From Antedon mediterranea (lineage: Eukaryota; Animalia; Echinodermata): a stretch of 64,000 bases of DNA. Each line of letters starts with the position of its first letter. The stretch's first letter is position 1. The translations under genes were made by a program, and so were the position numbers. Below the pieces are notes generated by a model that ran no database searches, was not told the origin of the DNA, and was given only the letters and a program-made list of their open reading frames with translations. Positions 28,001 through 39,810 of the stretch are shown piece after piece. The DNA lies in NCBI RefSeq assembly GCF_964355755.1, contig NC_092675.1, positions 30,104,912 to 30,168,911 on the forward strand, given 5' to 3'.

Positions 28001-29163
28001 ACTTCTAAACTGAAAATGACAATAATGACATGATCTGTTTGCCCAATACAAATTTCAATATATTTTTATTTATTCAAAAAAGCCTCCAGAAATAGAGATA
28101 TATTAATATTACAAAACAAAAGCAACACATTACTATACATTTAGAAAGCTTGCTATATAAATGGCACATTTATTTAACAGATTGTCTGTTTTATGCAGGT
28201 TATTCTGTGCTGCATCACACCAAAGTACATTACGTCTGAAGTTTGTAATCGTGAAGTCAGCCTAGCAGACCTTCTTAAGAAGCCTATTATCCCCATTATG
28301 TTTGATGCAGTGCCTTGGCCTCCACCTGGAGGCATGGGCCTAGCATTTGCTAGGCTCTTATATGTGCAAATGAAAGGTAGCAATTTGTTAACGCTTTTGT
28401 ATATAATTCTAACATCAAACACTATTTATGACATCTCAACACTTCACTTTTTGTTGTGAACTGTGTATTGCTGAAAAAAGGGCACTTAAGATGCTAAAAG
28501 TTTTTAAAGCCACACTGCAGCCCTTCAAAATCTAGCACGCCCCAAATTTTGGCCGCTGCCCATAGTTTGCAGACCATTGTATTATACATATACATACTCT
28601 AATGCTCTGTCTACACTATCAAACTTTATGTGACAAAATATGTTGTGGCCATATATGGAGATGATGATGTCATATCAGTACTACTTGGGAATATAATATA
28701 CCATATTTGGGCACATCACACTTTTTTTTGTCAAACTTGTTTGATAGTGTAGACAGAGCTTGAGAATTGAAATAAACACAATAGTGAAGGTTCAGTATTT
28801 CAACATTTATATTTCATTGTTATTGTTTATTTTAAATTTAATTGTTAATAATTGTCTGAAATGATTGTCTTAGGTGTTGGTGGTCATGGTGGATCTGGTG
28901 CGCAATCTGACCTTGAGCTTAAGTATCATGATGTCATCAACCGTATTAGAATACACTGTCAACCAAAACAAACCGACGGTATCGTGAATGTCAACAGCAC
29001 AAAATCAAGTGATAAAACATTATCACATGATACAATATCAAGAAATAGAGGCGGGAGATCAGTGAGTAGCAGTGACCAGAGTCTGCAGAGGCAAGGCAGG
29101 TCAACTTCAGCGCAGCTACCGAGGTCAGGGGTTAGGAATTGTTTAGTATGTGCAATATTATAA
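13398..29163 (+). CDS. ROCO-family protein: Neuralized(NHR)-Roc GTPase-COR-Death-TIR with C-terminal CaaX, ~1256 aa, 19 coding exons
   Basis: Exons 13398-13866, 14435-14603, 15838-15971, 18210-18355, 20915-20959, 21427-21780, 22318-22524, 22866-22982, 23436-23579, 23850-24050, 24808-24966, 25185-25323, 25577-25734, 25823-26192, 26846-26983, 27282-27455, 27796-27974, 28199-28376, 28874-29163 (3771 nt, all GT-AG, in frame). In-frame TGA at 13368 precedes the ATG. Motifs: NHR ([25 protein letters not shown]); P-loop GQDRVGKTS; STDGID; [18 protein letters not shown]; FLVGTH; COR ([35 protein letters not shown]); Death ([25 protein letters not shown]); TIR (VFISYNW..CWMDI..SEVCNRE..IIPI); ends CAIL*. 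Confidence 0.9.
13940..14055 (-). mobile_element. tRNA-derived SINE, same family as 26470-26585
   Basis: A box TGGCTTGGTGG, B box GGTTCAAG, and shared body ...TTACAACTCCACTC. Confidence 0.65.
16110..16660. repeat. 16-bp minisatellite (ATGTCTATCCATCTAY)n
   Basis: More than 30 near-perfect tandem copies in a ROCO intron. Generates the spurious ORFs at 16088-16813. Confidence 0.95.
16670..17320. repeat. 55-bp minisatellite
   Basis: Unit ATGTGTCTACATGTATATATGTTTACATGCCTATGTGTCTAATGTCTTTAAGTCA, about 11-12 copies, abutting the 16-bp array. Confidence 0.95.
18516..18771. mobile_element. Foldback MITE with ~110-bp inverted arms
   Basis: CTAGCTTACCTGGATAAACCGAT...GTACAGTCCACAA is inverted relative to TTGTGGACTGTAC...ATCGGTTTATCCAAGTAAGCTAG, with a ~30-bp spacer. 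TSD unclear. Confidence 0.8.
21140..21247. mobile_element. Harbinger-like MITE (GCTCTGTCTACACTATCAAAC family), partial
   Basis: CTACACTATCAAAC...TGTAGACAGAGCT with the family core GGACATGATGATGTCATATC. Confidence 0.7.
22611..22796. mobile_element. Harbinger-like MITE, same family
   Basis: AGCTCTATATCTACATTATCAAAC...GTTTGATAGTGTAGACAGAGCT with TAA/TTA flanks. Confidence 0.75.
23640..23752. mobile_element. Harbinger-like MITE, same family, one end truncated
   Basis: Core GGCACATCACATTTTTTTGTC and right TIR AGTTTGATAGTGTAGACAGAGCT followed by TAA. Confidence 0.7.
26225..26659. mobile_element. Tc1/mariner (pogo/Tigger-like) MITE with nested SINE
   Basis: TA-CAGTCAACTCT...AGAGTTGACTG-TA. Contains a poly-T tail insertion near 26320 and a tRNA-SINE at 26470-26585. 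Confidence 0.75.
26470..26585 (-). mobile_element. tRNA-derived SINE
   Basis: TGTGGCTTGGTGGTTATGATGCTTGGCTACC...CCTGGGTTCAAG, homologous to 13940-14055. Confidence 0.65.
28604..28760. mobile_element. Harbinger-like MITE, same family
   Basis: GCTCTGTCTACACTATCAAAC...GTTTGATAGTGTAGACAGAGC. Confidence 0.8.
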
Positions 29164-32100
29164 GGTTTGGGAAACAAGTTTTGTAATTGAGTGATCTGGA
29201 GTTTTTTAATGCTGGAGGACTAAGTATGTATTTTAAAAAATATATTTTTCAAATTAATTAATTAAATTTCAGTATATCACCGGGCAGTTTAAAATGAATT
29301 TCTATGCCTATTATGTTTATATATTAGGTATAATATATAATATTTTTTATCTATGCATTCAATGATTTACTGTGAAGGATGTTTATAAAAATGTTGATGG
29401 AACTTCATTAACCATTTGGCGTATTAAATCGGCACTTTAACGTTGAGTATAGTTTTCCATTGAGTATTAAGTTATCAGAATATATTCAATTTTGTTAACT
29501 AACTTTTGGAATGAAAAGAGAACAGTAGATTTTCTGTTGAGAACTAGGTTTCTAAATTGTGTGATTAAATGGGAATAGGTTATTACTAAGTCCTCTAGCA
29601 TTCATTTTATTAACTCAATGCAATCATGTTTTTATGCAAATATGAAGGAAGTTTGCAAGGCCATATTAGGTGCTGATTGATACAAATAACAATAGATTGT
29701 ATAAAATATTGTTTGTAAAAAAAAAAAAATTTTTTGGTTGAATGAATATTTTGTTATCATGCAATCATGTGTATTTTAACATTCCTTTTCTATATATTCA
29801 AAATCATATTAATAATGGTAAGATTCAAACCAGGTAACTTTCAAAAATTATTAATATATAATATTATAGATTTCATTGCATTTTGTATACAGGAATTCTT
29901 TAAACTGTGAGAATCATTATTCTTTATTTTTATATACATATGTTTTTACTTGCATAACTAAACTCTTTTAAAGATAGATTGATTGTTGTTGGGCCAAGTT
30001 TCTAATGTCCACAAGAAATAATTATATATTTAGGCCAAACATCTGAATTTTAATTAAGTAGATCCACTTTATTGGGACACTTCTATTCAGTGGACACATT
30101 CCTATGAAACAAATGAATGGCAATATATTTTTTCAATACGGGACCATTGGTTGAAACTGAAGGCATCCATATTAAATTCCATTTCTACATTCCTCACTCA
30201 GGACAGTTCTTTTGATGATTTCCGACTAGAATTAAAATCAAATACCATTGTGCCCATTCCATGATGTATTGATTGATTATACAAACATTTGCAATACAAA
30301 AGAGCATTTATACAATATATTTTTGTTTCTTTAACCATTTTTACACAGCTGTATAGTATTGTAGCCTATTTTATGGAAACTTGTTATATTATATTTTCTA
30401 TTATTTAAAATCTATAATTACATCTACTTTTCTTGTGCTTTCAACACATTTTCTAAATATATTTTCTTTTATAGGTTAATTTGTACTGTATATAGGCGAA
30501 AATACTACATATATAATTTTATTAAGGAAAACATGTGTACAGTAGTAGTGACAACAAAAGACATACATTTAACGTTTGTATATATAGTATATTATTTTAA
30601 GGATATGGTTTTAATTGATTCTTCTCCTTCATACTGAAGTGTATTCATTTTAAATGAATGGGTTTGTTTCATTTGCAATGCATTATTTATGTTCAATTTG
30701 TAACTTCCACCGATTTTATCCCAGAAAACCTTGATGATACAAATGTAATATTTATAAAGATAACTGATTTGAGAGAAATCCTTACTTGTATTTGGGTCTT
30801 GAAGTTTTGCCTACCTGTCATGGAGACTTCGTCAAGAAGACAGGTAGACGAAAATTCAAATACATTCAAGACAATACGGTACCATGGAGCTATGATACAA
30901 TTATTAAAGTTATTGTTCCACTACATTAAAATTAATTATCTTTTCCACGTTAAATTGAAATCCGATGAAAATTTCCACAACTGAAGAAACATTTTACTAT
31001 TTTCTTTATCATTTATGAAATTTATTTTCTAAAACATAGAATTAAGCCTCTTGTCTCGGTTTCAATTTTCAAAGAATTTCATTTTTTAAAATTTAAAAAA
31101 AAAATATTTTTTTTTGGTTTTCGAAAAGCACTAATAGTTGATCTATGATTATAGATTATTTAACTTCTTAGCATCAGTGCGTGCCAGTGTAAAATGACAA
31201 CGATATGTACTTAAGTAAGATTAAGTTACTTACTTAAGTAAGATTTAACTTAAATTAGCGAGGCTAATTAATCTTGAGAATTTAAAAACAAATTCTTAGC
31301 TTTATCCGTCCGTATAATTATTCCGGCCTAAATGCGTGTTTTGTAGTCGTACTGTGCCTTGAGGAATACCACCGTTGTTGTACCTCTAATTACGTCATAA
31401 AATGCGTGGTATACGTGCTTAAATTATGATGACGTCACCGAGAGTATGTACTATTTAGTAATTTCCTTTGGTAAAGAGCCTACTCATGTTTATATAGATG
31501 TATCTAATTTATATTTAATGTTGTATTTTGTATGTTAAAATGTTAACATTCTGTAATAATGTTCTAAATTTAGGAAATACAAACACGATTGCGTTATTAT
31601 TTACTAAAATACATTTTACAATCGAAATTCACTGCCACTAAAATGAAACATGACCAACAGAATTCTGTGTTTCTGCACACGTGACATACAACATGTGTGA
31701 TGGTTCACATGGCGAAAATTAGTATGTGATAAAGTTTACGGTAAATCTACACGTAACGTGTAATTCCTTAAAAGAACTGCATACAGATTGTGTACCACAA
31801 ACGTACATGTACGTCACCTGCTGATACGTAATTTACCAGCTCTGACATAGTCTAATAGAGCTAGTAATGCTTGATTCAATGATTTGGTTGAATGATTGAT
31901 AATGGGACTACAGAATGTCCTCTAGTTATGATACTAGACTCTAGTACCATTGGTGCATACTGTTACGATGCTAGAGCAATACTATTGGAATCCACATGAC
32001 ATTAATGTTAAGCATGAGTATAGGCCTACGGATTTGAACGACTTTTGATATACATTCACAATGTGATTGCACGACCTGTGAAGGTGTACGTTTTGCCATA

Positions 32101-32242
32101 TTGGTACAGTTATTGTTTGAAAATAAATACTTAAAAGTAAAAAAGTAAGAGTTTTTATTTTGTAATTTCACGTATGATGTAAATTCTAAATCAATTTATG
32201 TCACCGACGATTGACAACCATTTATGCATAAATAAATATTAA

Positions 32243-32550
32243 AGCCAATTTACACAGACGAGCGGTAACGGACGGTTTCCGCTTAGGAGATACAGAATCT
32301 GGCTTTGGACAAGCTACGCGGTTTCCGCTTTAAGCGTGCTTCCCACTAGCGACGCAACGCAAGAACGTAACGCAACGCAAGTGAATTGACCAATCACAAG
32401 CGATGGCTTATTCGCTTGTGATTGCTAACTGTCTATAACTTCGCTTGTCATTGGTTGGTTAAAACGCTTGCGTTGCGTTTACGTCCTTGCATTACGTTCT
32501 AGTGGGAACCAAGCTTTACCGTTACCGCTCGTTTGCGTAAATTTACGGCC
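32243..32550. mobile_element. Nested Harbinger-like MITEs
   Basis: Outer TIRs ATTTACACAGACGAGCGGTAACGG / CCGTTACCGCTCGTTTGCGTAAAT. Inner element 32333-32515 (TTCCCACTAG...CTAGTGGGAA) has a TTA TSD on both sides. Confidence 0.75.
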
Positions 32551-32938
32551 AAGATGTCAAAGTGACTGAACTGCTAGCCAATAATAATTTACCACGAATA
32601 TACACAGATATAACGTTTTCCGATACGATATACATTAAGATATAGCTGGCCTCTATAATATCAGATATCAGAGATAGGCTATAATAATCAGATATACTTT
32701 AAATCTACTCAAATAAAAATAAAAACCGTCATGGAAAATTGGAAGCCACACAATTTCAATTTATGAAGTTTATTTTATTTAAATTTCTTTTTAATTAAAA
32801 TATCATTTTTTATAACAATATCGTTCTTTTCAGAAAAAAAGTGTTAATAAGATATGTTAACAAACGATGTTACATTTAAATTAGTTTTAATCACCCAATG
32901 CGAATATGTTAATAGAATTATGTATCGTTACTTTATGC

Positions 32939-35900
32939 TTAACGTTGCCACACTCTGACGGACTTGACCTGCATGGCTGCGTCCTCGCCATTGTTAGTAT
33001 CAGGGTTCCAAGTTGGGTACCATTTGTCTTTAGCCAACCAGAAGTCCTTTGCTGCAGTCGGCGAGTTGTTGTTCCACGGTTTAGGATATGGAGAATTTAT
33101 GTCCCAGTCGCTAAAGTATGCGGTGCCTCCAACAGCCACGTTCATGACGATGTAGAACTATAATAAACGCAATAATGAATATTAAAGATGTATTGTCCCC
33201 CAAAAACATGAAAAATGAAGATTAATTAAATCAGACTTTGAATACGTTATTGTGTAGTTTTAATCAAGTTAATCACTTCAATAGAAAAAAACCGGGAAAA
33301 AAAATCACGTTTTCACCTATAAAATGACAAAATAAATGGTAAAATTCAACCAAAAATCTATTGGCTGGCAGCCAATTTGACCATTTTTTGCTTTAAATTA
33401 CACTTTTTCAGGTAAATACATTTTTTTTCGATCCATTTTTTTGTGAATAACTATTATGTTATATTAAAATGGAATATTTAACAATATTTTTTTTAATAAT
33501 AATTTTTTCAGGGGTACAATACATCTTTAATTAAGCATTAAATAATATACATGCTTTGATTGAAACCGGTACTGTGACAATATTTAAGTTTACCTGTTGG
33601 TCGAATGGTACCAGTTTGCCTTTACTGTGTTGCCATGGATTGTCGATACCTGGAGCGTTCTGTGAAAATTCACCAAGATTCCAGAATCCCTCACTTCCTG
33701 GATCAACATCCAGAATCAACTCATCATCAACATAAAACCTGAAATAACAAATCTATCAAGTATTAGGCCTATACATTTTTAACGAGAAATATCGAACCGC
33801 CATTCACAATCAATGTCTTAATATTATTTTTACCACCGACGTCATCGTAATTGGCTTCATAATTGTCGTCTTTGTAATCCGTCATCGTAATTGTCGTCAT
33901 TGTAACTGCCGTCATCGTAATTACCGCTGTCGTCAGTGACAAACTGCATTACTTTACTAAAACTAGTAATTTTGTGTAATAATCTTTGAACACAAGTATC
34001 AATTATAACCGAGAACGGGATTCACTACTTTTCTAATTGAGTCTCGTAATCATAGTTCGAATCTAGCCTTTCGAAATTGCATCTCAGTCATCATCTACAT
34101 TGATATTATTTATCGTCCTCGGTTTTCTATCGCTCACCATACTGATACCATTGTTTTTGACATGCTCCGAAAATGCGTTCTGTCATTGTCGTATGCACGT
34201 CGTACATTGAACATCCATGTCGTCATCAGTTTGGTCGTTTGTACTAAAATCGTAATTTCCTTGTTGCTGGTGGCATCAGCCACCATATTGGATGGAGTAT
34301 TGACTTACTGCATCTTGTCAGCTGTCCACTCCATGGCGTATTTATGGAAAGAATCTCCGAATGTACCGCTAGACAACCGTCTAAAATAGAATAGTTTCTT
34401 TGTCAACTATATTTAGATGTGAACAAAAGTCGTAGAATGAATTAAGAATGCTTGAATAGTTTGAAATATTAAGTAATTTCATGTTGGTTTCATTCTTACT
34501 TTGTAGCATGTGTTCTGGGATATCCATTCAATGGCCAGAAAGGACCCCAATGAAGCGTGGATCCCATCATTTGTACGCCGACATCGTTGCCATGGTAGTC
34601 TTTCAAATTCTTATTTCCTATTATTCAACAAAATTGATTTTGTTTGATTGTACATAAAAACACTGTTAATATATTTTGAAACGCAATATGACTGAAATAA
34701 GAAATAAATAAATGAGAAACAAATTTCATTGTTAAGATAATTACTGTAATGTTTTCAGATCCTTTCATTTTCTTAAGCTCTGTCGACACTATCAAACTTT
34801 ATGTGACAACAAAAATGTGATGTGCCCATATATGGACATGATGATGTCGTATCACTAGCATATTATTTGGGCACATCACATTTTTTTGTCAAACTAGTGT
34901 GATAGTGTAAACAGAGCTTAAAAGTGAAATAATGTTATAGGTTATAAGATTATGCAATAACACTTTTTACTACCTCTTGATTCAATAAGATCAATCTCTC
35001 CAGATGCTGGCCAACCTCCGTAGGAATTGTGCTTTGGCAGCAACCAGATAGCTAAGAAGAATGTTAAAAGTTACAAATCAACTTTATTTAGAAATATGTT
35101 TTGATATTTGTCTAGGACTAGGCCTATGTGATAATCACCATCAATGTACAGTGCTAAATGTCGATTTGTCACTATTCCAGGTTGTAACACTTCCCAAAAT
35201 CTACTTAGATTATGCCTAGGTATAATGAATGGGATGGGAGTCTTGAATAAGTGAACTGAATGTCTACAAATGTTAACACCTATTTTCTAAGGCAATACCA
35301 AAAAATAAACATTTCAGGAATTGAAGCAGTGGACCGTAACACACATTGTATTTTTAGAGGATAAAATAAATAACATTTTCAAGGACATACCTGGCCAAAT
35401 CCAATCACCAGTTGGCATCTTCGCTTCAACTTCCAATCGGCCGTAAGTGAAGGAAAATGAATTTACAGTTCTAATTCTAGCAGATTGGATTGGGTTGATG
35501 TAGTTGGTGTCGCTACCGCCACGCTCACACCCATAGTAACTGTTTCCGGTACACTTATCAGCCGGTGATGCTCCTAATTATCATAAAGTAGAGACCTATA
35601 TATTATAACGTCAAACTGTATGAACAGAAATATGTAAATTATCAGTTTATTGCGTCAATCTCCAATATGAATTAAGTAAGTAAGTAGTTCTACTTAATAC
35701 TTATATATACTGGTATATAGTCTGGATTCCAGGCGGAGTTTTGTCTTAATATTAGTAAAAAGATAAATATTTTGGCACCTACGGCGTTTCATACGTATAC
35801 TACAACTAAATAAAAAAAGTCAATACTTGGCAGTGCATAACCATGGCATAACTAAGTTTACTCAACTTACCCCAGAGGTTTAAAACGCCGGTGCTTAAAA

Positions 35901-38900
35901 ATCCATCACCAAACATATCTTCCGTTAATGTCTAATAATGAAGAATAAATCGACAATGCTTGCAATCATTACGTCACAATAGTTAGGCCTATATTTATTA
36001 CATTCGTTTGTGCATGCATGCATTTTCTGGATTTATTTCTTGTTTAATTTTCGAAATGTACTTTAATCCTACAAATCATAAAAGTGACGGAAGTAATTCA
36101 AAAACCGAAACGATGCATTTTATACGTAAAATATATATTCAAGTGTGTGTTCTAACTTACTGGCTTGATGAATAGTGTACCATCTCGCACGTAACTGTTT
36201 GTACGGTTGTTGTCATAGTATTGAAATTCCCAATTCTACAAAAAAAAAAAAAAACATTAAATAGTCGTATTCATTTTGAATAATCAACTTGTTGTTCCTC
36301 ATTTTATATTCAATAATGAATAAATCGAAAGACTGATATTTATTGTAATCAATTGTTCCCCGAGCCTGATGACTCGGTGTTAGTATATTGAAAAGCAAAA
36401 TACAGAAATGAAAAACTTATGAATAAATTTAAATATATTTATCTTAATTCATGGCATATTTAAGTGCAACTAAATTAAAATTTTAACCAAAAAAAAGAGG
36501 AATTACCCCTCCTCCACCTGCAGTAATTTCGTGTTCCCATGTATCCAGATCAAATGTTTTAAAATCGTCTTCAAAGATCAATGTTCCTAAATAAAAAAAA
36601 TGCTTATATAAATCATAATTTATAAAAACAACAACAGAACAAGAAGAAGAAGAAAAAAACCTCGTCGATTCGCATTTTTGTGTTGTGATTTACATAAATT
36701 TGCATATTATTGGTTTGGAGACGCTTTAGTACTGCGTTACAGAGCGTGGATTTTAGTCACGCTCGAGATCAGGGGAGGCGGCTGCTTACCTTGTGCACGT
36801 ACTAATTTGTTACTGAATAAATGAGTTGGTTTACTGTAGTTTAGTGTAGTGCATGTTGTTTTATTGTGGCTAATGTTTTTGGGACGTCACATCAAAAAAA
36901 AGAAACCTCATTTACACTGGCTGTTGTTGCCAATACACAGTGATACATCATTTAAATGATAGTATAGTCTTTGAAATAGAAAATTAACCAACAAATGCAA
37001 CCTTTGTTTATTCAATAAAACAATAATACTAGATTGCAATAATTATCATTTTTACTTTACCCGGTGGTGCAACAGTACCAGGATTTGGTGCTGCCGTCTG
37101 AGGTGTGTTGTCTCCATCTCCGGGACTTGGTGCTGATGTAGTCTGAGGTTTAGGCGGATCACTTACTACAATTAAAAGAGAAGCCGGCTGTGAACATCAT
37201 GCTACATGAAACATGATCTCTTTGCTATGCCAATACAATTGTTGACTGGAAAATCAGCTATCAGTTACTACTGCATCAGAATGTTTTAAAAGTTTCTATT
37301 TTTGTAGAAGTTTGATTTTTAGTTTATTAATCTTGATATTAATAAACGATCGCTGAATAAACATTAGGCGCATTTATTCTCTCTGATCCAGCTGTGTGTG
37401 AGTGATTAGTTAGGTGGAATTTAGGTCTGTCCCGGTGTGGTTACTTTTTATGATAATAGAATAACTATTTAACTGCTAATGATTCAATTTATAGTTATTA
37501 ACGACTATAGTGATAACTTTTGTTTAGAATTTCGACAGTCGGTATAGTTTCAATTAATGCATTACATACTAGAGAGGTATAACTGGTCAGATTATTCTAA
37601 AATGAAAGTAGGCCTATACATAAACAAAGCAATATACCTGGTGGTGAAACCGTAGTGACGTCATCTCCATCACCAGGATTTGGCGCTGAAGTTGGAGGTG
37701 CCGGTCCAGACGTAACTGCTATAAGGGATAAAGCATTTATTACGATACATATTTTGATATAAAAAACGTTAAACTTCTTGGGCTTAGAAAATATAACATA
37801 AAAACTATTTTATCCCTATTCCACAACCGACACATACTCTAATCGAACATACAGGACAGTTGATCAAATCATGGAAACAAATATGGACTTGTTTGGAAAC
37901 TACCAGGTGGTGAAACATTTGAGTTGTGTAAAAAATAATTAATAATAACCTTTTTTTAGGTTAACCATATTGTTGTGGAAGTGCACATGAAAATTTAAAA
38001 AGTATAAGTTTAATATTACCTTTCCAAGACAAATTGAGTTCTTGGTATCCAAATCCATTATAAAGTACATAAAGCCAGTAATTAACCACGTCTCCCTCCT
38101 TGATTACGACATTATTGTTTTCATGAACCCAATAACCATCTAGTTTAGGACAAGGTAAAAAACGAATAAAACATGATTACAAAAAACTCAAAAAAACACG
38201 CACAATTCAAATAATACGGTTATACAAAGGCATAAGTATAAAGTATGAACTTTATTATTCGTCAAGCGAATTACTGACGACACTAAACACTTTTCTTCAT
38301 TTTTATACAAAACAACTAAAACATAGAGTTATTAATTAAGGACTTACTTGTGGGATAATTAACGTCAAAGTTCCAATCTCCTGCACTTACTCCTGGTAGT
38401 GGCTTGTTAACGCTGTAGTGTACAGCGAACAGATTTATACCTGCCTCATCTGACAATTAAACATAATTGTAATCATGGGGTTGTTTTCATTCTCACAGAT
38501 TTACTCATCTTCATCTTTAAATCATTTTTAATATAGACCTATCACTACAGACAATATAGACCAAATATTTTTCAAGAGTATAAGTGTATATAGGAAATGG
38601 TTAAGGTATTGTTAAAGTGTTGTATATTGTACACATCATTGGGCAGTTTCTTGGTTTTGCAGGTTAAATGTATAAAGTACCTCTCTCCCTCTCATTCATT
38701 ATTATATGCAGCAATGACCATACATGTCAGTAAAATATTTATTCAAAATGGAAAAAGAAAAACTCAAAATCAACATCAACAATGCTGAAATAAATTAAAG
38801 TTTAAACGATAAAAACAAAAAAGCTTATGAAAAGGGGAAAAAATGTACCATCTTTTAATGAAACTATGCACACAAAATACACACATACCTGGTATTGAAA

Positions 38901-39003
38901 TCCTTAGCCCTTGTGAGGATAGCAATGACAATTGAGCGGGAGGAAGGGTGTAGGCTGAAACTGATGCCAGGACTAAGACCACTAAAGCAATTTGTCTCTC
39001 CAT
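32939..39003 (-). CDS. Secreted beta-1,3-glucanase / glucan-binding protein (signal peptide-CBM39-Pro/Thr linker-GH16), ~517 aa, 14 exons
   Basis: Exons 39003-38889, 38449-38348, 38139-38020, 37718-37638, 37165-37061, 36586-36507, 36235-36161, 35931-35871, 35573-35391, 35051-34974, 34617-34500, 34380-34309, 33738-33594, 33157-32939 (1554 nt, in frame). Signal peptide MERQIALVVLVLASVSA. CBM39 motifs GLRISIPDEAGINLFAVH and GDVVNYWLYV. GH16 motifs LIFEDDF, GGGNWEFQYY, NPIQSAR, catalytic WPASGEIDLIE, MNVAVGG. Confidence 0.93.
33186..33526. mobile_element. Kolobok-like MITE
   Basis: TTAA-AGATGTATTGT...ACAATACATCT-TTAA, i.e. TTAA TSD with AG..CT termini. Confidence 0.75.
34776..34918. mobile_element. 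Harbinger-like MITE, same family
   Basis: AGCTCTGTCGACACTATCAAAC...GATAGTGTAAACAGAGCT with TTA/TAA flanks. Confidence 0.8.
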
Positions 39004-39039
39004 CCTCGAAGGTTTACCAGAGTCACTCAAACATATGGC

Positions 39040-39046
39040 TTATATA
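39040..39046 (-). promoter_or_regulatory. TATA box of the CBM39-GH16 gene
   Basis: Minus-strand TATATAA about 40 bp upstream of the ATG at 39003. Confidence 0.55.
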
Positions 39047-39399
39047 GTATTGTGTGCGTTGATATAGAGGCCTACAGTAGTATTATAATAACCCAAATTA
39101 GCATATGGATTTTCATAATTAATTTATTAGTAATATAATGATAAGCTATTTAAACAATGGAGTTCTTTGATATGATAATAATAATTATTTCGTCATCTGG
39201 AAACGTTTCCCAACATGTACAACAATAATTTGATATATGCGATATTCGGCTAAAATGACCATCAAAGTGAAAATGGACATTTATATGTTAACAATGACCG
39301 ACGACAATGCAGTATTGTGTATTAAATTATTGATGGATGACAGTGGTATGCCTACTTTCCAATAACAACAACAGAAATGCTAAATATTGTAGTGTTGAT

Positions 39400-39810
39400 T
39401 CTAACGTTGTTTTTCTAAAACATCCAAATGTAAATGTTGTTTCTCTAAAACATAGAAATGTATTTCTAAAACATCCAAATGTAAATGGTGTTTCTGAAAC
39501 ATCCAAATATAAATGCTGTTTTTAAAACATTAAAATGTCAATGTTGTTTCTAAAACATCCAAATTTAAAATGTTGTTTCTAAAGATGCAAATACAAATGT
39601 TGTTTCTAAAACATCCAAATGTAAATGTTATTTCTAAAACATCAAAATCTAAATGCTGTTTCTAAAACATTAAATGTAAATGTTGTTTCTAAAACATCCA
39701 AATTTAAATGCTATTACTAAACAATAAAATGTAAATGTTGTTTCTAAAACATCCGAATGTAAATGTTTCTAAAACATAAAATTTAAATGTTGTTTCTAAA
39801 ACATGCAATA
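39400..39810. repeat. ~29-30-bp minisatellite (TGTTGTTTCTAAAACATCCAAATGTAAA-like)
   Basis: About 14 diverged tandem copies. Confidence 0.9.

Noticed and set aside
39400-39810. CRISPR-like periodic ~30-bp repeats
   Set aside because: Contiguous tandem units without unique spacers, no cas genes, and a eukaryotic context.
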